Part shown: in pieces, positions 1-9,191 of the stretch
Layout of the letters: every line of letters begins with the position of its first letter
Position numbering within the stretch: position 1 is the stretch's first letter
NCBI GenBank assembly: GCA_035625415.1
Contig: DASPPQ010000032.1
Location: forward strand, 18,866-82,865
Origin: Thermodesulfobacteriota bacterium
GTDB lineage: Bacteria; Desulfobacterota; BSN033; UBA1163
DNA: 64,000 bases
Direction: 5' to 3'
Position numbers and translations under genes: made by a program
Notes under the pieces: generated by a model
What the model saw: only the letters and a program-made list of their open reading frames with translations
What the model was told of the DNA's origin: nothing
Database searches by the model: none

Positions 1-541
1 AGGGTATGTCAAGATCCAGGTCAATACGAGACGGAAGCTCGAAATTGCCGAATCGTCCGTAGTCGAGCGTGGCTTTGATTTCCCTGCCTTCGGAAGGAGG
101 GATTTTTATCTCTCTGATCAGGCTGCGGTCCGTGTCAATCGTCAATACGAAGCCCTTGTTGAAGGTGGTCGTATCCATCGGAGTGAGTTTCAGCTTGACT
201 GCCTTTCTACCGTCATAGATCAAACGCTTTACCAGTCTGATGTCGAAATCTTTTTTCTTGAACAGAGAGGGGTTGAAATATCCGCCCTCCTGAGGAAAGA
301 AGAAGATTCTCTTGGACTCCACTTTCATCTTGTCGGGAGCCTTGTAGTAAAGGTTGGCTTGCAGGTCGGGTGCCTTAAGCGCCTCGATGTCGAAATGCAC
401 GTTCACATCGACGATGTAATCCTTCAACCCGGCGTACTTCTTTTCTATCGGATCGAGATAGCGGGAAGCGTCTTCCTGGGCTTGAATCTGCTCAGTCGAG
501 AGCAGAAGGAGAACCCCCACCAGTAGTATGACTTTCTTCAA
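1..541 (-). CDS. Secreted LolA-like / lipoprotein-sorting-fold protein, partial (gene continues beyond window start)
   Basis: Minus-strand frame is open from 541 to position 1. It is absent from the ORF track only because no stop falls in the window. The TTG start at 539-541 overlaps the stop of the upstream permease gene. N-terminus LKKVILLVGVLLLLSTEQIQAQE is a signal peptide. ANLYYKAPDKMKVE...DGRKAVKLKL resembles the LolA-like beta-barrel (cf. GKLYVKRPNLFRWE). Confidence 0.4.
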   Translation of the reverse strand, partial: MKKVILLVGVLLLLSTEQIQAQEDASRYLDPIEKKYAGLKDYIVDVNVHFDIEALKAPDLQANLYYKAPDKMKVESKRIFFFPQEGGYFNPSLFKKKDFDIRLVKRLIYDGRKAVKLKLTPMDTTTFNKGFVLTIDTDRSLIREIKIPPSEGREIKATLDYGRFGNFELPSRIDLDLDIP

Positions 542-1380
542 CTCTTGATGTCCTTTCTGTTGAAGGCGATGAAAGCGATCAAAAACAAGCCAATACTGTG
601 AAGACCGAGGATCGCGGCTGATCTGACGATATCCTGCCAGGGTATCGGCTGATCAAAAAACCGCTGCCAGAAGACCATATAGGTCGTAAAGAGATACGGA
701 CTCAATAACCGGAAGAAATCAAAGGGAAAGTTTCCGAGGACGAGGAAGACAATGACCACAGCCATCGTGCCAATGATCGGGCCGATCGAGTTCTCTGCCA
801 GCGTCGAAAAAAGAAAGGCGAGAGAAGCCACGACCGCCATGGCCCAGACTGCCGCCGTAAAAGCAAGGAGCATTCGTAAAGGGACTTCCGTCTCGGGAAT
901 AAAGACGAGGCGGAACTTGGTTGTATAGTTCATGATCAAATCGCCGTTGCCAAACAGAAGAAGACCGAGAGTGACGCATATCAGCCCGAGAAAGATGACC
1001 AGCCCCGTCGTGTAAAAAAGAGTGGTCAGATATTTGGCTGTAATGATCTTGCTTCGCGAAGGGGGTCGAATCAACAGAAGCCTCACGGTCCCCGAAGTGG
1101 CCTCGTTTGAGACAATGTCTCCGGCCACGAGGGTAATAAAAAAGGGGATGTGGATATGGAGGCTGTTCATGATAAAGGCTGTAATGAACCAGCCGTTCAA
1201 GACATTCCCAAAGATGAGAAAGTCCTTCTGGAAAGATCTCATCATACGATAAAGGATCTCATTGGCACTTAACTTCATCACCACTTCCGTCATGATGACA
1301 ATCAAAGCGATGAAGCCAAAACTGATGTACGTGCGCCATCGGCTGAATATCTTGTAGGTTTCAAACCAGAAGAGCTTCAT
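538..1380 (-). CDS. ABC-2 family transporter permease
   Basis: 280-aa polytopic membrane protein with about six TM helices. It overlaps the downstream ATPase gene by 4 nt, which is the typical ABC-2 exporter operon layout. Confidence 0.7.
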   Translation of the reverse strand: MKLFWFETYKIFSRWRTYISFGFIALIVIMTEVVMKLSANEILYRMMRSFQKDFLIFGNVLNGWFITAFIMNSLHIHIPFFITLVAGDIVSNEATSGTVRLLLIRPPSRSKIITAKYLTTLFYTTGLVIFLGLICVTLGLLLFGNGDLIMNYTTKFRLVFIPETEVPLRMLLAFTAAVWAMAVVASLAFLFSTLAENSIGPIIGTMAVVIVFLVLGNFPFDFFRLLSPYLFTTYMVFWQRFFDQPIPWQDIVRSAAILGLHSIGLFLIAFIAFNRKDIKS

Positions 1381-2309
1381 ATCTCAGAGGTCCCTTCGGT
1401 GATCTTCAGAAAAAAATCTTCGAGTGTTCGATGGGGATAAAAGGATAAGACCTCGATTTGATTCGATACCAGAACCCGGTTCAGCCTGGAAGCAAGACCG
1501 GGCTCCACACGCAATTCGATCTTGTTGTCCTCGGCGGCGAGAACCTCCACCCATGGGAGCTTCTCCAGGAGTCGGACCGCTGAATCAAGGGGCGAGACTT
1601 GGATGGAATACTCCATGGGTTCCTTGTCAAGCAGCTCTGAAACAGACCCCTGAGCAATCAGCTCACCCCGATTGATGACCGCCATCCTCGTGGCAACCAG
1701 TTCCACTTCTGAAAGGAGGTGGGAAGAGAGGAAGATGGTCATCTTTTTCTCGCTGGCAAGCTCTTTAATCAGCCCTCTGACTTCCTTCATTCCTTGTGGG
1801 TCGAGTCCCGTCGTCGGTTCGTCGAGGATGATCAGTTCCGGCTTCGTCAATAAAGCCTGGGCGATTCCGAGCCGTTGTTTCATCCCATGAGAAAACGTTT
1901 TGACTTTTTCAAAGGCACGGGATGTCAACCCGACCACATTGAGGGCCTCCATGATTTCTTCTTTCTGAACACGGCGGGTCATCGAACCGAGTATCTCGAG
2001 GTTCTTGTAGGCCGAAAGGTAGAGGTAAAAATCGGGCTTCTCGACGATTCCGCACACCCGTGAGAGGACGGCATACCGGCGTTTACGAAGGTCCATCCCG
2101 AAAATTTCAATCGAGCCGGCTGAAGGCATGAGGAGCGTCAGGATCATGCGGATGGTTGTACTTTTCCCTGCACCGTTTGGACCGAGGAAACAGAAAACGT
2201 CTCCTCGGTGGACCTCCAGGTTTAAATCCTTAGCGGCCCAGCGCTTTCCAAACTTCTTACTCAAGCCACGGGTTCGCAGAATAACTTCTTTGCGGGAATC
2301 ATCTTCCAT
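1377..2309 (-). CDS. ABC transporter ATP-binding protein (ABC-2 exporter type)
   Basis: Walker A GPNGAGKSTT, signature FSHGMKQRLGIAQAL and Walker B ILDEPTTGLD. The C-terminal extension is typical of ABC-2 ATPases. Confidence 0.9.
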   Translation of the reverse strand: MEDDSRKEVILRTRGLSKKFGKRWAAKDLNLEVHRGDVFCFLGPNGAGKSTTIRMILTLLMPSAGSIEIFGMDLRKRRYAVLSRVCGIVEKPDFYLYLSAYKNLEILGSMTRRVQKEEIMEALNVVGLTSRAFEKVKTFSHGMKQRLGIAQALLTKPELIILDEPTTGLDPQGMKEVRGLIKELASEKKMTIFLSSHLLSEVELVATRMAVINRGELIAQGSVSELLDKEPMEYSIQVSPLDSAVRLLEKLPWVEVLAAEDNKIELRVEPGLASRLNRVLVSNQIEVLSFYPHRTLEDFFLKITEGTSEI

Positions 2310-2405
2310 GATATCACATGAGCCGGAGAAACCTCTTCAACCCTCTCCTTTTCTTATAGCCCGCCCGACCCGTGGAGCTGAGAAAAAATTGGTTCAACGG
2401 GCCGC

Positions 2406-3368
2406 TTATTCCGGATGGAAACGGATTCCGATCTCAAAGGTTTCGTCGCTGAATTCTTTAGGAATAGGGGGTAGAGGTTCTGCCTTCTTAATCGCTCGCA
2501 TCGCCATCTGGTCATAGTGGGCATTGCCGGATCTTTTTTCAAACCATGATTTTTGAACTTTGCCGTCCCTTTCTACGATGACGACGATGACTGTTTCCAG
2601 GTCCTTTTTTCCTTTGGGGAGATCTTCCGGAAGAGTCCATTCCTTTTTGATTTTTGCCCATATCGTACTGTAGTAATCGTTCAGTTTGGATTCCAATGCG
2701 GAGGAACCTCCGGAGGAAGACCCCCAGGGTGATCCGCCCGATGGGGAACCCACTGGTCCCGATCCGGTTCCCGATCCCGTTCCTGTTCCTGTCCCAGATC
2801 CGGAGGCCATCACCCCCTGAGATGGACGGGTCACTGGAGATTCCTCTTTCGCACCCCTCTCGGATCGCTCACGACGGGCTACCTTCTTCTGAATGTCTTC
2901 AAGGGCTGCCTTTTTATCAATATCCTCGATGGCCTCTTCAAGAGACTTCAGAGACTTTTTTCTTTTTTCCAAACTCCATCCCTTCTCTGCAGCCTCCACC
3001 TTCTTTTCCGCTTTTTTCTGACGCGATTTGGTGGCCTCGGTTTTTTCAGTCCCTTTTTGATTCGCAGCGGGCTTCGGCTTTTCACCCGGTGGAGATGAGG
3101 GGAGTTCCACGGTCCGGCCAGGCGGCCCCGGAATGGGGCTACCCAGCGGCGTTCCGTCTCCTTGGGGCGAAAATGACCGAATCGTGACCCGGTAAATCGA
3201 TGGCCCGATTTTTGTCATGGAGGACCTGGCGCTGAGAATCAGCGTGACCGCTAAGGTAATGTGAAGGAGGAGCGAGAAAAATCCTGTCTTCAGCAATCGT
3301 CCCCTGCCGGGGACATCCGGATCGTTGAACCGAGAATGCTGGTGTCTTTGACCTCGTAATCTGTTCAT
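2406..3368 (-). CDS. TonB/TolA-family energy-transducer protein
   Basis: N-terminal TM helix, then a Pro-rich segment (GSPIPGPPGRTVELPSSPPGEKPKP). A Lys/Glu-rich helical stretch follows, then a Gly/Ser/Thr low-complexity run (GSGTGTGTGSGTGSGPVGSPSGG). The C-terminal ~90 aa are a TonB_C-like domain. Lies downstream of exbB and exbD. Confidence 0.6.
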   Translation of the reverse strand: MNRLRGQRHQHSRFNDPDVPGRGRLLKTGFFSLLLHITLAVTLILSARSSMTKIGPSIYRVTIRSFSPQGDGTPLGSPIPGPPGRTVELPSSPPGEKPKPAANQKGTEKTEATKSRQKKAEKKVEAAEKGWSLEKRKKSLKSLEEAIEDIDKKAALEDIQKKVARRERSERGAKEESPVTRPSQGVMASGSGTGTGTGSGTGSGPVGSPSGGSPWGSSSGGSSALESKLNDYYSTIWAKIKKEWTLPEDLPKGKKDLETVIVVIVERDGKVQKSWFEKRSGNAHYDQMAMRAIKKAEPLPPIPKEFSDETFEIGIRFHPE

Positions 3369-3475
3369 TCTATTCGTATCGACTCTCCATCACGGGCACG
3401 ACACAGTCTCAATATCGCTCATCCATCCGAATTTGGCAAGAATCATATTTAGGCTATTTGCCTCGTTTTCCCTTG

Positions 3476-5080
3476 TTAGCGGGGTCCTCGAAGAGATCGG
3501 ACAAAACCGGTGCCCTTGTCGAGAAGTGCTTTTGCCTCGGGTATGCCAAAACCGGTTGCCACTCCGAAATAAGTAATACCATACATTCCCAAAGAGACGA
3601 TCGCCAGCACGATCGGATGACTCTGATTCATCATCAGTTTGCCTCCCCAGCCGGCGGCCGCAGCAGCCCCCGCAGAAACCCATAGTTTCAGGACAAACCC
3701 GGCCGGGAGGCCGGTTTCGCCAATCCGCCCCTTCATTGAATTTCTGAGCAGAGCCAGCTCAAGCCATCCGCAGAATCCCGCCGAAGCAGTCAGCCCCGCC
3801 ACCCCCCATCGCGGGTCCACGCCAAGAGCGGGCGGCAGTGGCAGAGCGCAAACATACCCGAGGACTGCGGTGAGGAATACCCTGAGCATCGCATAACGCA
3901 GTGGGGTGACGGTGTCTCTGAGAGCGTAATACATCGAAGCATACAGCCTTCCCAACGTGCTGGCTAAAAGGCCGATCCCGGAGCCGGCCAAGATCCCCCA
4001 CACATACACGGAATCGTGCCGAGTAAATTGGCCTGTCTGGTAGATTGCTGCAACGATCACATCGCCTAAAGCGAAAAACGCCATGGCAGAAGGAACGACA
4101 AGGAAGGCGATCTGACGAAGACCGGCATTCAGCCGCCTTCGCAAATAAGCATTTACTCCATCGGCATCGCCCGTGGCGCTGGACAGAACAGGGAGCTCCG
4201 CTGCGGAGACCGACATGCCGAAGAGACTTACCGGAAGAATGTACAAAGTCTGGGCGTAGGTCAGAGCCGCGACGGCGCCTGTCGGCAAGAGGCTTGCCAG
4301 GAAGGCATCAACGTACGCGCTGATCTGGACGACACCCCGGCTAAAAAACACCGGCACAAAATTTCGGACCACCATTCTTACGGCTTCCATCGAAAACCCC
4401 AGCGAAAGTCGAAATCGATGCAGGAGACGAGCTACTGAGGGTAATTGCACTCCAAACTGCATGAGGCTGCCGGCAACGGAGCCCCATGCCAAGATCTTAG
4501 CAAGGGGAAATTGTTTGAACGAACCGCCGAACACGACTAAGGAGACGATCATCACAAGATTCCACACCACCGGCGCCGTATAGGAAATGAAAAATCGGCG
4601 GTGGCTGTTGAGAATGCCGAGGCACCATGCCGAGAGAGCCAGCAGGCCGGCCCCGGGAAACAGAATGCGCACGAGGTCGGTCGTCAATTCGCGCTTGACC
4701 CCCTTGAATCCGGGTGCGATGGCATCGATCAGGAAGGGCGTGACCAGGACTCCGGTCAAGACCAGAACGGAAATGACTAGAGACAGCAGGCAGAAAACGG
4801 CAGCGGCCACATCGTCTGCCCGCTCCCGTTCCTCTTTAGCCAGCAGGCCCGCGTAAACAGGAATGAATGACGCCGAGAGCACCCCCTCTCCAAACAGGTT
4901 CTGTAGGAAATTTGGAATGCGAAGGGCTGCCTTGAAGGCATCGGCGGCGTCAGAATTTCCAAAATAGTGGGCGAAGACGCGATCCCTGACCAATCCCGCG
5001 ATGCGACTGAGCAGGATCCCTGTCGCCACGATCGATGCATGACGGCGCAAATCTGTCTGCGGGTGTTCTTCAGGCTGCAA
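3476..5080 (-). CDS. murJ: Lipid II flippase MurJ (MviN)
   Basis: 534 aa with about 14 TM helices. The N-terminal motif ILLSRIAGLVRDRVFAHYFGNSDAADAFKAALRIPNFLQNLFGEGVLSASFIPV is diagnostic of MurJ/MviN. Confidence 0.85.
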   Translation of the reverse strand: MQPEEHPQTDLRRHASIVATGILLSRIAGLVRDRVFAHYFGNSDAADAFKAALRIPNFLQNLFGEGVLSASFIPVYAGLLAKEERERADDVAAAVFCLLSLVISVLVLTGVLVTPFLIDAIAPGFKGVKRELTTDLVRILFPGAGLLALSAWCLGILNSHRRFFISYTAPVVWNLVMIVSLVVFGGSFKQFPLAKILAWGSVAGSLMQFGVQLPSVARLLHRFRLSLGFSMEAVRMVVRNFVPVFFSRGVVQISAYVDAFLASLLPTGAVAALTYAQTLYILPVSLFGMSVSAAELPVLSSATGDADGVNAYLRRRLNAGLRQIAFLVVPSAMAFFALGDVIVAAIYQTGQFTRHDSVYVWGILAGSGIGLLASTLGRLYASMYYALRDTVTPLRYAMLRVFLTAVLGYVCALPLPPALGVDPRWGVAGLTASAGFCGWLELALLRNSMKGRIGETGLPAGFVLKLWVSAGAAAAAGWGGKLMMNQSHPIVLAIVSLGMYGITYFGVATGFGIPEAKALLDKGTGFVRSLRGPR

Positions 5081-5319
5081 CGCTTTCGCTATCTCCTTCG
5101 TCCTTTATCTTGGGATATCATCACGTTTCCTATGCTGTCGTGTTGATAAATAGACCGCGGACAAAGAGAATGAAGACGGAGAGAAATAACCGGATGCCTC
5201 GATGGGACTCCTTCATGAGAATAAAGATTCGATTGAAATCGTTATGCGGAAGGGGATCGGGCCTTCTCCTTTTCTGACAGGGATAAATATCCATTGTCTC
5301 CCCGCATTTTTCAGTCCAT

Positions 5320-5721
5320 TCATTTTTTTAGTTCTATTCCCAGACCGGGATTCTTCACGCCCGATTGGGTCAAGACGTCCATCACCTGTATCACAGAATC
5401 ATATTTCACATCCTTATCCCCGTTCACAATCACAAACGCGTCCGGCCTGCTCCTCATCATTGCCCTCAGCTTGTATTTGAGTGCCTCTAAATCAAGTTTC
5501 GTATCCTCGAAGAAAACCTCGCCTTGAGCATTAATATTGATAATGATGTCTCGCGATGTGTCCTCGGATTTCGTTGCCTTGGGTAGCTGGACTTTCAGGC
5601 TGGATTGATAAATAAAAGGGGTAGCGATCATGAAAATGATTAGCAGAACCAGAACCACATCGGTGAAAGGGGTGATGTTAATTTCTGCCATTAATCTCGA
5701 TCTTCTATTTTTCCTCTTCAT
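5320..5721 (-). CDS. exbD: Biopolymer transport protein ExbD/TolR
   Basis: 133 aa. The segment INITPFTDVVLVLLIIFMIATPF has the conserved Asp in the TM helix. Sits directly downstream of exbB. Confidence 0.85.
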   Translation of the reverse strand: MKRKNRRSRLMAEINITPFTDVVLVLLIIFMIATPFIYQSSLKVQLPKATKSEDTSRDIIININAQGEVFFEDTKLDLEALKYKLRAMMRSRPDAFVIVNGDKDVKYDSVIQVMDVLTQSGVKNPGLGIELKK

Positions 5722-5725
5722 GGAT

Positions 5726-6388
5726 CTATCCCTTGCCTATGAGGTCGGTTAATTCGGAAGCGCATAATTCCATATCATTAATGAAACGTTCAACCTTTTT
5801 CATAAAATAATTGAAGGCGATCACGGCAGGCACGGCGACGAAAAGGCCCATGGCGGTACAGACGAGTGCCTCCGCTACACCCCCGATGACGATACTCATC
5901 CCGCCGGCTCCGGCTGCAGCAATGTCATGAAATGCCCTGATGATTCCCAAGACTGTCCCGAAGAGCCCGATATAAACGGCCGTGTTGCCAATGGTTCCCA
6001 CAATGCCTGTCAGGCGCTCCAATTTTGTGGTTTCAACTGTGATCTCTCGTTCCATGGCGCTGGATATTTCTTTCTCATGGTGATCGTGGAGGATGAGTCC
6101 GGAATAGACAACGTTCGAGAAAGGAGCGTGACTCTGCTTGCAGATTTCCATTGCCTTTTCAAGACTCCCACTTTTCAAGGCTCTCTTGATTCTCGTCATA
6201 AATTCCGATCTTTTCGTCCTGGATCGTCTTCGGTAATAAAAGATCCTTTCCAAAAGAATGGTGATAGACAAAAAAGAGCAGAAGAGCAAGACATACATCG
6301 TGAACCCACCGATCTGAATGATTTCCCAGATTGTTTTTCCTGCAAACATCTCATTCCTCCTTTGAGGGAATACTTCTTCGTGGAACAA
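5726..6388 (-). CDS. exbB: MotA/TolQ/ExbB proton-channel protein
   Basis: 220 aa with three TM helices. The motif GLFGTVLGIIRAF...AEALVCTAMGLFVAVPAVIAFN is ExbB/TolQ-like. Confidence 0.85.
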   Translation of the reverse strand: MFHEEVFPQRRNEMFAGKTIWEIIQIGGFTMYVLLFCSFLSITILLERIFYYRRRSRTKRSEFMTRIKRALKSGSLEKAMEICKQSHAPFSNVVYSGLILHDHHEKEISSAMEREITVETTKLERLTGIVGTIGNTAVYIGLFGTVLGIIRAFHDIAAAGAGGMSIVIGGVAEALVCTAMGLFVAVPAVIAFNYFMKKVERFINDMELCASELTDLIGKG

Positions 6389-6424
6389 TATTACTCATCC
6401 GTTAGGATTTGGCAAGCGCTATCG

Positions 6425-7375
6425 TCAATGCTGTTTCTGGCGGGGGTCAGATGGCATCAAGAAGTTTTGAATCTTTTTCAGGGTGGGAATTCCTTTTCTC
6501 CCGCCAAGCTCTCCACATTTGAGGGCCGCTGCAGCGTTGGCAAATCTCAAAATCTCGCTTACCTCCCAATTCTGTAGGAGACCGTAAACGAACCCTGCAT
6601 GAAAAACGTCGCCCGCGCCCGTCGTATCGATGGCACTTATTTCGAATCCTTTCACATGAAGAATTTCTCCGTCGACGAAGGCGATGGCACCTTCATGGCC
6701 CAGGGTTACGCAGAGGAATCCGGGGATCTGTCTCTGCAATTCGACGAGGGCCTTTTCAGGGTCTGACATTCCCGTAAAGAGCGTGGGGAACGCCGATGAG
6801 GTAATGACGAAGTTAATGTTCTTAATCAGCTCAGACGTAAGCGGTTCTACTTTATCGAGGTCAACGACAATGGGAATTCCTTCTTCCTTTGCCCACGTTG
6901 CGCTTTGAATAGCAGCATAGACATCGTGTCCATCCAGGTGGAGGAGTTTTCCAGAGCAGATCTCCTGTTTCCGAAGTTCTCCTTTGCGATACATCAAGCG
7001 TTCGTCCCGGTCCCAGAGGATCGTTCGTTCTCCTGAACTGCGATCCACGATGATCGCGGCAAACTGATTTGTGGCGATGGGCTCAATGGTCACTGAAGAG
7101 ACATCCACTCCCTCCTGACGCATGGAATGGAGAGAAAATTGACCCAATTCATCCTCTCCAACTTTTCCAATATATTTTGTTCTTGCACCCCACCGGCTCA
7201 GGGCCACCAGGGCCGTGGCCACCTGGCCCCCACCCTGTTTGGAAAACTGGAGCATCCTCATTTTTGAATTCGGAGCAGGGAATTCCGGAACCACACAAAG
7301 GAAGTCGACCGAATTGAGGCCCATCCCCACCACGTCAAAAGGTTTATCTTTTGAAAAATGAAGGTCGAATCGCAT
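6425..7375 (-). CDS. PfkB-family carbohydrate kinase (ribokinase-like)
   Basis: 316 aa. GG motif near the N-terminus, and C-terminal DTTGAGDVFHAGFVYGLL, the PfkB anion-hole and catalytic Asp motif. Confidence 0.8.
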   Translation of the reverse strand: MRFDLHFSKDKPFDVVGMGLNSVDFLCVVPEFPAPNSKMRMLQFSKQGGGQVATALVALSRWGARTKYIGKVGEDELGQFSLHSMRQEGVDVSSVTIEPIATNQFAAIIVDRSSGERTILWDRDERLMYRKGELRKQEICSGKLLHLDGHDVYAAIQSATWAKEEGIPIVVDLDKVEPLTSELIKNINFVITSSAFPTLFTGMSDPEKALVELQRQIPGFLCVTLGHEGAIAFVDGEILHVKGFEISAIDTTGAGDVFHAGFVYGLLQNWEVSEILRFANAAAALKCGELGGRKGIPTLKKIQNFLMPSDPRQKQH

Positions 7376-7622
7376 GCTTCTTTTTAAAAACTTTTAACCG
7401 GGATTTCAACGAATCCCAAGCATTCTCGGTCGGGTTCAGGGCATATACCCTTCGACTCCTTGAGCCCTGCCGAAAGGCCTGCTGACCAGTGCCAGTACTC
7501 CGTATTTTACTGGATGATCGGAGAATAACCTAAGGGAGAATAGATAGCTACTGAAGAACAGAAACTTGTCAATTTACGAATGTTCCCCCTGTTTTTCAAG
7601 AGACAAAATATTCCTTCTGTCG

Positions 7623-8453
7623 TTAACGATTCGTTTTAGAAGAGGAGACCTCCTTAACGAAGCTATCTGGATAATTTTTGAGAATCTTTTTGTCTTTTAA
7701 AAACTGGGCCGCCTCATTTTCATCCGTGAATTGTCCCACAAGGACTCTGTGTAAGCTTCCACTCCCCTTGCTTTTTATGGTGATCCAATAGGCTTCCAAC
7801 CCTTCCTTCTTAAAAGCTTCCACAACCTCACGAACATTTTCCATATCGCTAAATGCCCCAACCTGTATGGCATAATATTTTCTCCGGGGGGCAGGTTTAT
7901 TGGGTTTCACGATTTCCTGCGGTTTTGATGCTCCTTTTTCTGCTTCTTCTTGGGTCCTTTTGACCGCTTCCTGTTTTGTCTGGACCGGGAGCGATTGGGA
8001 AGGGAGCTTTGGGGACACAGCTGGGGATGAGACGACAGAGGGGGAGGGCGGGGCTGCTGAAGAAGTTGCAACGGCTGGGGGCTTTGGAGGTTCTGCCGAG
8101 GTCACAGCAGGAGGGGGTTTAGGGGCCGACGGAGAGGGAACGACCGCAGGGCGTTTGGAGAGTGCTCGAGGGGTGACAATCGTTGGCGGCTGTGTACTGC
8201 CCGTTTTCAAACGCTGGAGGAGGGTCATGGGGTCAAAGATTGTTATCGCGAAGATAGATGCCAATACAACAAAGAATACGGATGCCAGGATAATAATAGT
8301 GCGGTACGAACGCCTTTTCTTCTCTATCGGCTTTATCTTTAGAGGGGGTGGGGCTTGTTCTGCTTCTTCCTCCTTTTCGATATCAGCAACCCGCTGATAC
8401 ATCGTGTCCAATTCGTCGAGGAGTTCTTCTTCCGATATCTCTTTGTCTTTCAT
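7623..8453 (-). CDS. SPOR-domain protein (putative cell-division / septal peptidoglycan-binding)
   Basis: N-terminal acidic region, one TM helix and a long Pro/Ala/Ser-rich linker. The C-terminal SPOR domain reads YYAIQVGAFSDMENVREVVEAFKKEGLEAYWITIKSKGSGSLHRVLVGQFTDENEAAQF. Confidence 0.7.
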   Translation of the reverse strand: MKDKEISEEELLDELDTMYQRVADIEKEEEAEQAPPPLKIKPIEKKRRSYRTIIILASVFFVVLASIFAITIFDPMTLLQRLKTGSTQPPTIVTPRALSKRPAVVPSPSAPKPPPAVTSAEPPKPPAVATSSAAPPSPSVVSSPAVSPKLPSQSLPVQTKQEAVKRTQEEAEKGASKPQEIVKPNKPAPRRKYYAIQVGAFSDMENVREVVEAFKKEGLEAYWITIKSKGSGSLHRVLVGQFTDENEAAQFLKDKKILKNYPDSFVKEVSSSKTNR

Positions 8454-8506
8454 TTTTTAGTGTCTCCTTCTTGGGCGTGAGAGGGGAACTTTTTCTTTCT
8501 GCTTCT

Positions 8507-9145
8507 TTAGTCATGGATTCTCTTTAAATAACGACTTGCCACGACGTCCGCATCCAACCCCATGCATTGGGCGTAGGCCCTCAAGAAACCCTTCAGGAAT
8601 ATTCGGGATGGGGTTTTCTCAAACTGGTCGTTCTCGATGGCATGCAAGTAAACAATCCGAACCTTCACCATTTCTGCGATCTCCTCAAGGGATATCCCCA
8701 ATTCATCCCTGATCTTTCTTAAATCGTTTCCTGATAGGACATCGTTGGCGAGAATCTCTTGGATCACGGGGTTTGAGGACGCGATCGGTTTCAACCTGTC
8801 TCTTACCCTTAACGCTGTATTCGCGGCAAAACGCTTCGCATCGTACGAGAGACTCACCCTTGTCCGATCCCCCTGATGTTGTGTCGCCTTTTCAAGGATG
8901 CCCAGTTCAATGAGTGATTGGTCATAGTGGGATCTTTTCCTTTCATCCATCAGCGCGGAATACGCCTCGTCCAGCTTCGCAAGTATCCCCTCTCTCTCCT
9001 CCTTCGAAAAAAAAGAATAGCTTGCCAAAGAATCGTCATGGTAGAGTTGAATCATTTCTTTGTATGCCTGATGGACCTCGAAAGGGGAGGCGTCGTATGC
9101 AATTTCCAAAAGTTCATAGTAGTTCAGATCCTCGGTTCTTTTCAT
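8507..9145 (-). CDS. J-like domain (HPD to HDD) fused to a RodZ-type HTH_25 domain protein
   Basis: The N-terminus NYYELLEIAYDASPFEVHQAYKEMIQLYHDDS...EGILAKLDEAYSALMDERKRSHYD matches all four J-domain helices, but the HPD tripeptide reads HDD. The C-terminus LRKIRDELGISLEEIAEMVKVRIVYLHAIENDQFEKTPSRIFLKGFLRAYAQCMGLD matches the RodZ N-terminal HTH. Confidence 0.55.
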   Translation of the reverse strand: MKRTEDLNYYELLEIAYDASPFEVHQAYKEMIQLYHDDSLASYSFFSKEEREGILAKLDEAYSALMDERKRSHYDQSLIELGILEKATQHQGDRTRVSLSYDAKRFAANTALRVRDRLKPIASSNPVIQEILANDVLSGNDLRKIRDELGISLEEIAEMVKVRIVYLHAIENDQFEKTPSRIFLKGFLRAYAQCMGLDADVVASRYLKRIHD

Positions 9146-9191
9146 ACCATCATGACCTACTATTAATACCCGCTGAAGTGAAAGCCGGGGC

